Virus record (IMG/VR): IMGVR_UViG_3300044816_000098
Span: 32,001-96,000 of that record
DNA: 64,000 nt
Source of the DNA: a virus
Strand: one strand, 5' to 3'
Shown here: positions 45,434-54,501 of the stretch, piece by piece
Position numbering within the stretch: position 1 is the stretch's first letter
Layout: the number at the start of each line of letters is the position of its first letter
The notes under the pieces: generated by a model
Databases searched by the model: none
Seen by the model: the letters and a program-made list of their open reading frames with translations, nothing else
Told to the model about the DNA's origin: nothing
Program-made: the position numbers and the translations under genes

Positions 45434-45858
45434 ACCTCATGACCAAGGGGGATCGGGTCTGGCTCGCGGAGGACTACGAGCCGCCGGAGCGCCGGTTCGG
45501 CACCGTGGAAGAGGTCGCGGAGGATGGCCGCTTCGGCATCCGCTACGACGATGGTGTGCTCATCCCGTACGACTCTGCGGACAAGCACTTCTTCTCCCTC
45601 ATGAGCCCGGCGACCTCCCGCCCGCACCGCAGGGCCCTGTTCAACGCCGTGGTCGCCCCTGGGGCTGCCGGAAGCAAAGTCTCCCCGGGAGAGCTGACCA
45701 AGCTCATCGACCGGGCGCTGAACGAGCGTGTGGCGGAGGTTCTCGCGAGGGTCGAGGAGACCAGGGCCCGGCGGGTGTACCCCACCACGGCGGACCCTTT
45801 CGAGGCCATCGGCTGGGAATCCTCCATCGCGGTCATCAAGAGGGAGCTGGAGAAGTGA
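45430..45858 (+). CDS. hypothetical protein
   Basis: ATGA overlap; KGDRVWL..GIRYDDG (SH3-like). Confidence 0.75.
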   Translation: MNLMTKGDRVWLAEDYEPPERRFGTVEEVAEDGRFGIRYDDGVLIPYDSADKHFFSLMSPATSRPHRRALFNAVVAPGAAGSKVSPGELTKLIDRALNERVAEVLARVEETRARRVYPTTADPFEAIGWESSIAVIKRELEK

Positions 45859-46313
45859 TCGTCGTCGGCAAGGAATTCATCGAGAACGCCCAGCGTGACC
45901 TGATCGACGCTCTGGAGGGGGAGGATTCCTCAGACCAGGTGAAGGTCATGGTCGAGGAATTCGTCCGGCTGCACGAGCTGTACCGGGACCGGCTCATGGC
46001 CGAGCGGCTCGAACAGTGGATGAAGCACCACCCCGAGCACACGCACAGTCAGCGCGGGATGGGGGTAAAGATCGCCCTGGAGCTGATCGACCCGAAGATC
46101 CGGATGCTCCAGGAGCACGGTTTCGACGAACTGGTCTTCGGTGGGTTCATCTGCCTCCTGTGCTCGCCGGAGAACAGCGATGATCCATACGCCGACGTCA
46201 TGTGGCCCTGCTCTGCCCTGAGGGCTGTTGGGCTCACCGAGCAAGAAGCCATCGACCACATCACGGCTCAGCGGGAGCGCTGGGCCAAGGAGCGCGAGGA
46301 GAGGCATGCCTAA
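45855..46313 (+). CDS. hypothetical protein
   Basis: CLLC..WPC. Confidence 0.75.
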   Translation: MIVVGKEFIENAQRDLIDALEGEDSSDQVKVMVEEFVRLHELYRDRLMAERLEQWMKHHPEHTHSQRGMGVKIALELIDPKIRMLQEHGFDELVFGGFICLLCSPENSDDPYADVMWPCSALRAVGLTEQEAIDHITAQRERWAKEREERHA

Positions 46314-46461
46314 GCACACCAACGACAACCCGACCCCCGAAGAGCGGGGCCAGGAGCTGGCCAAGGACCTGGACGCGAGCTGGGCGGAGCACCACCGGGA
46401 CGAGCCGGAGGACTACCCGGCCATCCGCAACATGGAGGGCAAGAAGGGCGAAAAGTCGTGA
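46306..46461 (+). CDS. small hypothetical protein
   Basis: GAGGAG RBS; coupled to neighbours. Confidence 0.6.
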   Translation: MPKHTNDNPTPEERGQELAKDLDASWAEHHRDEPEDYPAIRNMEGKKGEKS

Positions 46462-46853
46462 AGTTCGCGAAGCACGACATCATCCTGGACGGCGCCGGGG
46501 TCGAGTACCTGATCCTCGCGGTGGGGGATGACAGCTACTTCATCCGCAGCCTCCAGCCGGGACAGCCCCACCGCGAGACCTGCTGGTCCTTCACCGGCCC
46601 GCAGAGCGCGGACGCCCAGTGCACGCTGGTGGAGCCCAAGACGGCGGTGGACGTCCTCCTGAGGGCCCTGGTGGCCCCCACGGCGCCCTTCCTGGCCGAG
46701 GCCAACCAGCTCATCAACGGCGCCCGGAGCGAGTGGTCCAGGGAGTTGGCGGGGGAGCTGGAGTTGATCCTCGCCGACCTCGCCCCGGACCGTACCACGC
46801 GGCCGGGCCTGGAGATGGCGGTCAACCGGTTGAAGAACGCTGCCGATCGGTGA
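46458..46853 (+). CDS. hypothetical protein
   Basis: GTGA overlap. Confidence 0.7.
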   Translation: MKFAKHDIILDGAGVEYLILAVGDDSYFIRSLQPGQPHRETCWSFTGPQSADAQCTLVEPKTAVDVLLRALVAPTAPFLAEANQLINGARSEWSRELAGELELILADLAPDRTTRPGLEMAVNRLKNAADR

Positions 46854-47473
46854 TGAAGATCTACGTTCCTTGGTCCGAGGAACAGGTGGCCGCCCTGAAT
46901 GCCGCACAGGCAGCAGGGCGGCACACGCCTGTGCTCTGTGCCGTTGACCATTTCGGTCCCGCGCCCAAGCTCGTCGCGTACTGGAACGGCTGGCGGTGCT
47001 GGGTGCCCGACTGCGGGTATTCCCAGACGTGGGCCTACGAGTGGATGGCCGACCCCGAGATACAGGCCCCGCCCAAGGAGACCATGCGGGAACGGATCAT
47101 GCGGGAGATGCCGGAGAGCATCCGTCTCGCGCTCGTGGCGTCCCTGGACGAGCCGAGTCCTCCGGGCCCGTCGGGCAATGCCGAGGACTGCCACATCTGC
47201 TGTGTGAAGAACCTGCCGTACCCGTTCATCTGCGAGTGCCCCGTACAGCCGCTCCGCCCCCGGTATGCCCTGCACGCGGGGACTGTCCGGTCGGAGAACG
47301 ACGGCCAGTTCCACCAGATCGGGGTAACCCGGCTGGCGGCTCTGTACCGGCTGGGTCCCCAGGAGTGGGTGGCCTGGAACAACAACGCGGACCACCTGCG
47401 CATAGGCCAGGACTACATCCACCTGTTCCCCCGCCACGACGGGGACTACCGGGTGCCCGGAAGGGACTTCTGA
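46853..47473 (+). CDS. Cys-rich hypothetical protein
   Basis: TGATG coupling. Confidence 0.7.
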   Translation: MKIYVPWSEEQVAALNAAQAAGRHTPVLCAVDHFGPAPKLVAYWNGWRCWVPDCGYSQTWAYEWMADPEIQAPPKETMRERIMREMPESIRLALVASLDEPSPPGPSGNAEDCHICCVKNLPYPFICECPVQPLRPRYALHAGTVRSENDGQFHQIGVTRLAALYRLGPQEWVAWNNNADHLRIGQDYIHLFPRHDGDYRVPGRDF

Positions 47474-47570
47474 TGTGGGATTCGACTGGGGTCAAGTGGT
47501 TCCTGATCTGGGTCGGGATCATGATCTTTATCGCCGCCGTCGGGATGTTCATGTCTCTCTGAGAAGGGGC

Positions 47571-47599
47571 TTGTACTCCTGCAATCCTTGTAGTAACTT
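47571..47599 (+). promoter_or_regulatory. repeated promoter-operator
   Basis: TTGTAC-17bp-TAACTT. Confidence 0.85.
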
Positions 47600-47638
47600 C
47601 GTCCTTGTCACCAAGACATCCCGCCAGAGGAGACCCAC

Positions 47639-48016
47639 ATGAAGCTGAACAAGAACGTCATCGCCTCCGCCCTGCTGGTCCCCACGGTCCTCGTCGGCCT
47701 CTCGGCCTGTAGCAGTGCCTCCAAGCCGAAGACCAACAAGATCAAGGGCTCCTTCCCCGTCTGCCAGACCACCAAGGTGCTGGACGGCGTGCGGGTCGAC
47801 CGCAGCGCGAAGACCCCGTGTCTCGTCCAGGACTCCAACGGCTATGGCGTGATCGCCCCGTCGAAGTCCTCCACGAAGTCCCCGTCGCCCTCCTCGTCGG
47901 GCCTGACGGTCAAGCCCACCAGCTCCGCCAAGGCCACCGCCACGGCGAAGGTCGATGCCAAGCCGACCGCCACGAAGAGCCTGAACAAGCCGAAGCCCTC
48001 TTCCACCAAGCACTGA
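47639..48016 (+). CDS. lipoprotein
   Basis: Signal peptide with lipobox LSAC; Ser/Thr/Lys tail. Confidence 0.8.
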   Translation: MKLNKNVIASALLVPTVLVGLSACSSASKPKTNKIKGSFPVCQTTKVLDGVRVDRSAKTPCLVQDSNGYGVIAPSKSSTKSPSPSSSGLTVKPTSSAKATATAKVDAKPTATKSLNKPKPSSTKH

Positions 48017-48082
48017 CCTCCCCGTTCGTCCCCGGGCCGCCGCCACTTCGGCGGCGGCCCGTCCCGTTGAGAGGAGAGCCTC

Positions 48083-48415
48083 ATGGCGATCGAGCCGATG
48101 AGCACCGAGAAGTACGCCGACCTGGTCAACCGGGTCCGGAAGGCTGCATTCGTCCACAACGTCACCACGATGGGCATCGGCCTCGCGGAAGAGATCGTGG
48201 ACGCCGTCATCACCGGTGCCGGTCTCGTGGGGCCCACGCCGGAACTGCGCCTGGAGACCGAGTGCTCCGCGCTCATGTGGGACGCGGAGGGCGGCAACTG
48301 GCAGGTGTGCGACGACGACCCTGGGCATGCCGGAGACCACGACAACTCCGAGTGGACCTGGGCCGACAGCGACCCCAACGCAGTTCTGGCGGAGGTGTCC
48401 CGGACATGGGAGTGA
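48083..48415 (+). CDS. hypothetical protein with Cys/His motif
   Basis: CDDDPGHAGDH. Confidence 0.75.
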   Translation: MAIEPMSTEKYADLVNRVRKAAFVHNVTTMGIGLAEEIVDAVITGAGLVGPTPELRLETECSALMWDAEGGNWQVCDDDPGHAGDHDNSEWTWADSDPNAVLAEVSRTWE

Positions 48416-48867
48416 TGATCCACGACACCGTGATTGTCCTGGTCAGCGGCTACGTCCTGAAGGATCCCCAGGAGAACGGCTACCCGGACCTGGCGAAGTT
48501 CCTGAAGGAGATGCCCCAGGGGCTGCGGCCCCTGGTCGTCGGCCCGATCCAGGCGGTAGAGGGCGGAGACGTCTCCTTCTTCTGGGCGCCGGACGGCTCC
48601 AAGGAGGGCTGGGACACCTCCAACCTCGCCGACGAGTGGCGGGAGAAGTTCATCCAGCTCTTCAGCTTCGCGTATGACGACGGCAGCAGCCCGTATGACG
48701 TGCTGCACGTCCGCTTCGGTCCCGACCTGCGCGGCAACTACCTGCCGTCGGAGCTGCATGAGCCGGTCCGGTGTACCTGCGGGAACGAGGCCCTGGAGAA
48801 CCTGGGCTACAGGGACCACCTCGAAGGGTGCCCGCAGAAGGGCCGGAACAAGGAGCTGACGGCATGA
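48406..48867 (+). CDS. hypothetical protein
   Basis: GGAGG RBS; PDGSKEGWDTS. Confidence 0.75.
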   Translation: MGVMIHDTVIVLVSGYVLKDPQENGYPDLAKFLKEMPQGLRPLVVGPIQAVEGGDVSFFWAPDGSKEGWDTSNLADEWREKFIQLFSFAYDDGSSPYDVLHVRFGPDLRGNYLPSELHEPVRCTCGNEALENLGYRDHLEGCPQKGRNKELTA

Positions 48868-49511
48868 AGAGCGGTGACAACGGACGGAGCTTTTACGGCG
48901 ATGGGCCCATCACTACGAGCTACGGCAACGTGGTCGAGGTGTATCCCTCCTCGGCTGCCACCCGCGCGTGCGTGTGGCTCAGTGTGAGCGTGAGCCCCCA
49001 CCTCCGGCAGCCCATCGCCCACATGGACCTGGAGCAGGCCACGGCTGTCCGGGACGCGCTGACCGAGTTCATCGACAGCGAGAGCAAGGAGGAGGCGGAG
49101 CCCTCTTTCCTCCCCTGCAACAGCACACGCTTCTGCGTCTCGCATGGCTACTGCTGGCGATGCAACAAGACGAAGTACATCGGGTGCTGGGGCCAGAACG
49201 GGGTCTCCACCCCGGGCTGCGACTGTGCCCACGAGGACATGGGCGCGCAGTGGCACGCGAATAACTGCGCGTGGATCATCGCCCAGCAGACGCGTCCTGA
49301 CGAGGTGTTCCGCGAGCGGTGCGGGGCCGAGATCGTCAAGGCCCTGGAGAGCCTCACCCCGGGTCTGACCCTGGGGCGCATCTGGGGCAGGCGGTCCGGG
49401 ACCTCCCATCAGGACGGCTGGGAGTCCAACCTCTGGGCGATGGACCCGAAGGACCTCGCCGAACTCGTGATGAAGGTGCTCGACCCGCTGATCCGACCGG
49501 AGGACAAATGA
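48864..49511 (+). CDS. Cys-rich hypothetical protein
   Basis: ATGA overlap. Confidence 0.75.
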   Translation: MKSGDNGRSFYGDGPITTSYGNVVEVYPSSAATRACVWLSVSVSPHLRQPIAHMDLEQATAVRDALTEFIDSESKEEAEPSFLPCNSTRFCVSHGYCWRCNKTKYIGCWGQNGVSTPGCDCAHEDMGAQWHANNCAWIIAQQTRPDEVFRERCGAEIVKALESLTPGLTLGRIWGRRSGTSHQDGWESNLWAMDPKDLAELVMKVLDPLIRPEDK

Positions 49512-50110
49512 GCGACAAGTACACCGGCTTCCAGCGCCGGGTGATGGAGATCTTCTACCTGGCGGACGTCAGGGACGATCTCCTGTGGCACGTCAAGGAC
49601 GATCAGCTCCACCTCTCCGCCGACGTCAGCGACATCTTCGACTGGGCCAGTGCGGACTCCGAGGCCATCACGCCGGAGACCCTGCCGGTCCTGGAGAAGG
49701 CGTACGAGGACCTCGAAGCGGTCGATGGGCTCGGGTACCTCGCCGACCTCTACGGCGCCCGTATGCGGCGTCAGAGGCCCCAGGGTGCCGCCTATCCGGA
49801 CGACCCGAAGGTCATCGAGCTGCTTCACGCCTGCGGCCCGCCGCGCGGGAGAGACCTGTCCAACCCCCGGCACCCTCCGGAGCCGATTCCCCCGATGGAC
49901 CCTAAGGACGTCGTGGACCCGCAGGAGTACCCGTACTCCGACGGAGAGTTCATCGTCCTCGGCCCGGAGATCTTCGTGACCAACGACGGGGGCGTCATCT
50001 GCTGGAAGGGCGTGAACTACGTCCTCCAGAACGAGGGTCCGTGGGAGGTCATCGCCGAGCGTGCAGCCCACCCGCTGATCGAGATCAACATCCCGCTGGA
50101 GGACGCATGA
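49508..50110 (+). CDS. hypothetical protein
   Basis: GGAGG RBS; RPQGAAYP. Confidence 0.75.
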   Translation: MSDKYTGFQRRVMEIFYLADVRDDLLWHVKDDQLHLSADVSDIFDWASADSEAITPETLPVLEKAYEDLEAVDGLGYLADLYGARMRRQRPQGAAYPDDPKVIELLHACGPPRGRDLSNPRHPPEPIPPMDPKDVVDPQEYPYSDGEFIVLGPEIFVTNDGGVICWKGVNYVLQNEGPWEVIAERAAHPLIEINIPLEDA

Positions 50111-51069
50111 CCAATGAAGCCCTGGGCACCCGCATGAAGGTCTACGAGGCCCCGTACCAGTACCTGCTGCCTCGCCGGACGTACACGATCGTCAGGGTGG
50201 ACGGCAGGGCCTTCCACACGTACCTGAAGGACGCCAACCGCCCCTTCGACGTCGGGGTGGCCGACGCGATGGACGAGGTGGCCACCGCGCTGTGCAAGGA
50301 GATGGCGGGGTCTGTCTTCGCCTACACCCAGTCCGACGAGGTCTCGGTGCTCCTCACGGACTTCGCCCGGCTGACCACCTCGCCGTGGTTCAACGGAGAG
50401 GTCCAGAAGATCTCCTCGGTCGCGGCCAGCATCGCCACCTCGATCTTCAACCTCAGCTACTCGCCCAAGACCGGGGAGACGGCCTTCCCCGGCCGGGCCA
50501 CCTTCGACGCGCGGGTCTACACGATCCCGCAGACGATCGAGGTCGCCAACTACTTCGTCTGGCGCCAGCAGGACGCGGTGCGCAACGCAGTGAGCATGGC
50601 GGCCCGTGCGTACTTCACCCACAGCGAGTGCAGGAACAAGACCGGCGCGCAGCTCCAGGAGATGCTCTTCCTGGAGAAGAGGATCAACTTCAACGACTAT
50701 CCGGCGCGCTTCAAGCGCGGAGGAGTGGTGACCAAGGAGACCGAGGTCTCCGGCGGCTCCTACACCGACAAGCGCACCGGCCTGGTGATGCCGATCCTCC
50801 CCGTCCCGCGCAAGCTGTGGGTCATGGGGGACGCTCCGCACTTCACCGCCGCACCGAACACGTTCCTCTCCCAGCAGATCCCCGGGTACAACCGCAGCGA
50901 GACCCTGACTCCCTCGCTGGAGGTCGGAGATCTGCTGGCGGACCTGGAGACGACCGAGGCCGAGATGGAGAGGCGCGGCCGGACCATCACCGCGCTCCAG
51001 GGTCAGATCCAGCAGATGGAGAGGGTCCTCGCGGAGACTCCCCAGGAGCAGGCCGAGCCGGTAATCTGA
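50107..51069 (+). CDS. thg1: tRNA(His) guanylyltransferase Thg1 / Thg1-like protein
   Basis: RMKVYE, RVDGRAFH, YTQSDEVS, FDAR, WRQQDAVRN. Confidence 0.9.
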   Translation: MTNEALGTRMKVYEAPYQYLLPRRTYTIVRVDGRAFHTYLKDANRPFDVGVADAMDEVATALCKEMAGSVFAYTQSDEVSVLLTDFARLTTSPWFNGEVQKISSVAASIATSIFNLSYSPKTGETAFPGRATFDARVYTIPQTIEVANYFVWRQQDAVRNAVSMAARAYFTHSECRNKTGAQLQEMLFLEKRINFNDYPARFKRGGVVTKETEVSGGSYTDKRTGLVMPILPVPRKLWVMGDAPHFTAAPNTFLSQQIPGYNRSETLTPSLEVGDLLADLETTEAEMERRGRTITALQGQIQQMERVLAETPQEQAEPVI

Positions 51070-51092
51070 CCGCGAGGCGTGCCACGTACTCT

Positions 51093-51129
51093 GACGAAGC
51101 CCCGGCCTGACACAGCCGGGGCTTCGTCA
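51093..51129 (+). terminator. terminator hairpin
   Basis: TGACGAAGCCCCGGC/GCCGGGGCTTCGTCA. Confidence 0.7.
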
Positions 51130-51174
51130 CGTCTACGTATCGGTTCTCGCGGGAACCCGGTAATCTCCAGTGAT

Positions 51175-51696
51175 ATGGAGCTGAGCGACGAGTCTCGTCT
51201 GTTGTCTGCGGAAGTGGGCCTGAGCGATGAGTCCATCCTGCGGATAGCCGCTCTTGAGAGCGCCGTGCAGGCGGGTGAAGGATCAGGGTGTCGTCACGAC
51301 ATCCTGGGGACGGCCCAGTCGTTCTACGAGTGGGTGTCGAAGCGCACCGGAGTACATATGACCGTCACCGCCGGTGAGGTCACCAAGCAGGAGGAGAAGC
51401 ACCCCATGCAGATTCACGACGACGAGCAGTTCACCCTCTCCGTGACCGAGACCGACGCGAAGGGCTTCCCGGTCGTCGAGGACCTCACCTGGACCGTCGA
51501 CAACACCGACGTGGTCACCCTCACGGTCGCCGACGACAAGCAGTCCGCCACGGTCGTCGCGGGCAACCCGGGCTCCGCCGTCGTCACCCTCACGGACGGC
51601 ACCCTGACCGTCACCGAGGCGGTCGACGTCGTCGCCGGTGACGGCGCGCTCATCACCCTCTCCGAGGGCGTCCCGGAGAAGCAGCCGACCGCCTGA
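51175..51696 (+). CDS. Ig-like domain protein (possible internal start at 51406)
   Basis: Thr/Val-rich beta pattern TWTVDNTDVVTL..GSAVVTLT. Confidence 0.65.
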   Translation: MELSDESRLLSAEVGLSDESILRIAALESAVQAGEGSGCRHDILGTAQSFYEWVSKRTGVHMTVTAGEVTKQEEKHPMQIHDDEQFTLSVTETDAKGFPVVEDLTWTVDNTDVVTLTVADDKQSATVVAGNPGSAVVTLTDGTLTVTEAVDVVAGDGALITLSEGVPEKQPTA

Positions 51697-51744
51697 TCCG
51701 CCGGAGGGCGTACCGGTTGAACTGGTAAGCTCTCCACAGCATTG

Positions 51745-51835
51745 AGCCCTGTCTCCTCGGGGGAACCACGGAGACGGGGCTTTCTGCTGCGCATGACGAA
51801 GCCCCTCTCGGCTTGATCCCGGGAGGGGCTTCGTT
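51745..51835. terminator. two hairpins between convergent genes
   Basis: AGCCCTGTCTCC../GGAGACGGGGCTTT and ACGAAGCCCCTC../GAGGGGCTTCGT. Confidence 0.7.
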
Positions 51836-51841
51836 GTCGGA

Positions 51842-53527
51842 TCAGAAGGGCCAGTCTCCGCTCTTGCCTGCGTCCAGCAGACCCACCATGCGGAAGACCT
51901 GGTCACTGAACCCGCTGATCTCGTAGCGGTTGGGCTTCGAGACGTCCGGCGAGGTGGTGGCGTACCCGGCGGTGTTGATGCCGATCAGGGGGATCCCCGC
52001 CGGGATGGAGTCGGTGACCGTGTTGTTCGCCTTCGGCTGCTCCCAGTAGCCGTAGCTGTGGTTCACGAAGGGCTGCATGTCACTGATCAGGATGACCCGG
52101 TCGTGGCCCTTGTAGCTGCTGCGCAGGGCCGCAATGGTCTCGGTGCCGTGGCCGACCTCGCCGGTCCGGCTGGTGAACGCCTCGATCTGACGCAGCGTCG
52201 AGGAGCCCTTGGGGATCTCGTGCTTGAACAGGCCGTTGGCGAAGCCGTACAGGTCCACCTCGTTGCCCGCGCGGGCCAGTGCGACCGCGAACAGGCCCGC
52301 GATCTGCACGTGGGTGACGTCGGACTTGGCGCTGACGTGGCTGTTCATCGAGTCGGAGGTGTCCGACAGGATGAGCGTGTGCCCCTTGAACTCCGGCAGG
52401 TTGCCCACCGAGGCGTCCAGGGCCTTCGACAGCGGGTGGGCCCAGCGGTCGTTCTGCACCGCCTTGTAGGCGCTCAGGAAGCGGTAGGGGAACTGGCGGC
52501 TCTTGGCCACCTGCTCCGGGTCGGACAGCCGCTTGGCGACCGTCTCGGCCACCGCGTCGGAGACCCCGGCCTGGTCGAAGTTGCGGAGGTTCCTGAGGAG
52601 AGCCATGTACCCCATGTTCGGGATCATGGCCTCCCAGAACGATGCGTCCAGCGAGCCGCCCAGCCATCCCGAGAGGGACTCCCAGGTCATGCCCGCACTG
52701 CGGAACCGGTTCTGAGACGCGGGGTCGCCCAGGAGGGCACGACGCTCCTCCTGGGGGACGGCCATGACCTCGGCCCGCGCCTGGAGCATGACCAGGCTCG
52801 CGGGGATCGCCTCGTCGCGCTTGTGACGCTCATTGAGCGAGTGGCGGAACAGGTCGCCGCGCCAGGCCACCTTCGGAGTCGGGTGGACCATCTCGATCAG
52901 GTCCGCGAGCTGCCACCCCTCGGACCGGCCGTACTTGGCGTAGGCGTACTCGTCGAACAGGTTGCGGATGGCGATGGCCAGGCCGCGCTTGACCGGCTGG
53001 GGGAGCTTCTTCCCATACCGGCTGACCCAGTACGCCATGAACTCACCGGGCTCGTCCGCACGCTGGAGGGCGACCGGGATGAAGTCCTTGGTATTGGCCT
53101 CCTGGCCGTCCAGGTGGCTGATCATGTTCTCGACCGGCACCCGCTTGCCGTGGACCAGGTAGCTGTTGGTGGGGAAGGGCATGGACTCCGTGCTGTGGAG
53201 CCGGGCCCACACGGCCTCCGCAGCGAAGACCACGGCGGCCGAACGCATGTTGGCCTTGCCCCGGAGCCACTGGACGAACCGCAGGGCCCAGGAGGGGTCC
53301 TCCAGGGTCACCTGACGGACCAGCGCGGCGTACCGGCTGTCCCGGTCGGCGGCGGTCTCGTAGAAGGTGCCCTCGCCGACCATGTTGGTCACCGCGAGGG
53401 AGAACAGCTCACCCTTCGCGTCGCGGGTGAAGTTGGCGCCGCCCTCGTAGCTGAGCGCGGGACCGGTGGTGGTGAACGGGGAGACCGGCTGTGCGGTCTT
53501 CGCCCCGGCGGTGTTGAACTTCGCCAT
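51842..53527 (-). CDS. rsr: Ro60/Rsr TROVE-domain Y-RNA-binding protein
   Basis: TROVE motifs RADEPGE, MTWE, MGYMALLRNLRNF, SRQFPYRF; vWA DTSDSM, SDMQ. Confidence 0.92.
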   Translation of the reverse strand: MAKFNTAGAKTAQPVSPFTTTGPALSYEGGANFTRDAKGELFSLAVTNMVGEGTFYETAADRDSRYAALVRQVTLEDPSWALRFVQWLRGKANMRSAAVVFAAEAVWARLHSTESMPFPTNSYLVHGKRVPVENMISHLDGQEANTKDFIPVALQRADEPGEFMAYWVSRYGKKLPQPVKRGLAIAIRNLFDEYAYAKYGRSEGWQLADLIEMVHPTPKVAWRGDLFRHSLNERHKRDEAIPASLVMLQARAEVMAVPQEERRALLGDPASQNRFRSAGMTWESLSGWLGGSLDASFWEAMIPNMGYMALLRNLRNFDQAGVSDAVAETVAKRLSDPEQVAKSRQFPYRFLSAYKAVQNDRWAHPLSKALDASVGNLPEFKGHTLILSDTSDSMNSHVSAKSDVTHVQIAGLFAVALARAGNEVDLYGFANGLFKHEIPKGSSTLRQIEAFTSRTGEVGHGTETIAALRSSYKGHDRVILISDMQPFVNHSYGYWEQPKANNTVTDSIPAGIPLIGINTAGYATTSPDVSKPNRYEISGFSDQVFRMVGLLDAGKSGDWPF

Positions 53528-53580
53528 ATCAATCCTCCGTGAACTTGGTGTAACTGGCAGGATCGGTGAGAGAACGCAAA

Positions 53581-53617
53581 AGAGCCCCTCTCTGTTCTTA
53601 CTAGAGAGGGGCTCTTT
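53581..53617 (-). terminator. strong hairpin between the Y-RNA cluster and rsr
   Basis: AAGAGCCCCTCTCT/AGAGAGGGGCTCTT; U-tract on the - strand. Confidence 0.65.
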
Positions 53618-53621
53618 CTCA

Positions 53622-53765
53622 CGGCTGAGAACAAAGACGTCTGTGGGCTTAGGTGACCGGCGCTCTAGCCAGACTGAGCTATCCCCCGATGAGTCGGGGG
53701 AGAAGGATTCGAACCAACGACATCCGGTTCCAGGGTTGAAGTATCCACAAACTACGCATCAGCCG
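53622..53765 (-). ncRNA. yrlA: Y RNA, YrlA-like (T arm, closed acceptor, D arm)
   Basis: GAUGCGUAG..AUACUUC..GGUUCGAAUCC..UCCCCCGA/UCGGGGGA..UAGCUCAGUCUGGCUAGAGC..UUGUUCUC. Confidence 0.85.
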
Positions 53766-53779
53766 CGAAGCTGAAGCCC

Positions 53780-53903
53780 TCCCGTGAACAAGTCGGCTGC
53801 GGGACTAGGTGGTGCCTTGTGGGTCTCGAACCCACTCATGCAAGAAGGTATGAGCCGACCAGCACTTTTCCTGTAGGAAGTATCCGCCGCCTACGCATCG
53901 GGA
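53780..53903 (-). ncRNA. Y-RNA-like element with T arm and acceptor ending CCA
   Basis: Same outer motifs; GUGGGUUCGAGACCCAC-AAGGCACCA. Confidence 0.75.
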
Positions 53904-53917
53904 AGACGCGTGTGCAC

Positions 53918-54067
53918 CATCAAGATGCTGAAGGACCTCACGAGAACAAGGCACATCAGGAAACAGACTAGGCGCCCGCCCGAGCCCGGAGTTGAACCGG
54001 AATCGTCTACTTATCAGGTAGAAGTAACCCGACGCTACGCATCGAGACGCCCTTCAGCATGTTGATG
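53918..54067 (-). ncRNA. Y-RNA-like element with anticodon-like loop (GAU) and T arm
   Basis: UCUAC-CUGAUAA-GUAGA; CCGGUUCAACUCCGG; long closing stem. Confidence 0.75.
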
Positions 54068-54071
54068 ACGA

Positions 54072-54240
54072 TCCACAGCGGTGAAGCACGCCCGAGGACA
54101 AGGCGACTCGGGAACGTAGGTGCTCTATCCAAACTGAGCTACGGGAGCCGAAGCACCCGGTGGGAGTTGAACCCACGACCACCCGCTTAAGAGGCGAAGT
54201 AACCCGCGTCTGCGCATCAGGCGCACATCGCCGCTGTGGA
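54072..54240 (-). ncRNA. yrlA: Y RNA, YrlA-like, with anticodon-like loop (CUU)
   Basis: CGC-CUCUUAA-GCG; GUGGGUUCAACUCCCAC; UUCG-closed acceptor; UAGCUCAGUUUGGAUAGAGC. Confidence 0.85.
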
Positions 54241-54274
54241 GCAAGATTTTAAATTGTCAAGCTGCCGGTTGAGA

Positions 54275-54345
54275 GACGACGAGAACAGAGGTAGCCGAGG
54301 TGTGTTTTCCAAGAGAGAAGTAACCCCGACCTTCGCAGCGCCGCC
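54275..54345 (-). ncRNA. minimal Y-RNA-like element (Ro-binding stem only)
   Basis: GCUGCGAAG..GGUUACUUC..CUGUUCUC with no tRNA module. Confidence 0.65.
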
Positions 54346-54357
54346 TTCGCGATCCCC

Positions 54358-54388
54358 ACTATGCACTACCAAGGATGTCAGGAGCAAG
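54358..54388 (-). promoter_or_regulatory. probable promoter/operator of the Y RNA-rsr operon
   Basis: - strand TTGCTC-18bp-CATAGT overlapping operator-like CTACCAAGGATGTCAGGAG. Confidence 0.55.
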
Positions 54389-54441
54389 TCCTTTGTCCCC
54401 TGGATGTCGGTGACCGTCTGGGGTCGGCAGGTAACCAACTA

Positions 54442-54470
54442 TTGCCTACCAAGGATCCTTGGAGTAGCGT
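54442..54470 (+). promoter_or_regulatory. repeated promoter-operator (divergent partner)
   Basis: TTGCCT-ACCAAGGATCCTTGGAG-TAGCGT. Confidence 0.75.
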
Positions 54471-54501
54471 CGGTTGTCCCACCCCCGACCTGGGAGGTCA
54501 T

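Noticed and set aside
53622-54240. Annotating the T-arm/D-arm sequences as ordinary tRNA genes
   Set aside because: Arm order is permuted or incomplete and embedded in a shared stem next to Ro60, which fits Y RNAs better.
662-54470. Promoter-operator repeats as CRISPR or REP elements
   Set aside because: They are dispersed singly upstream of genes with -35/-10 geometry, not arrayed.
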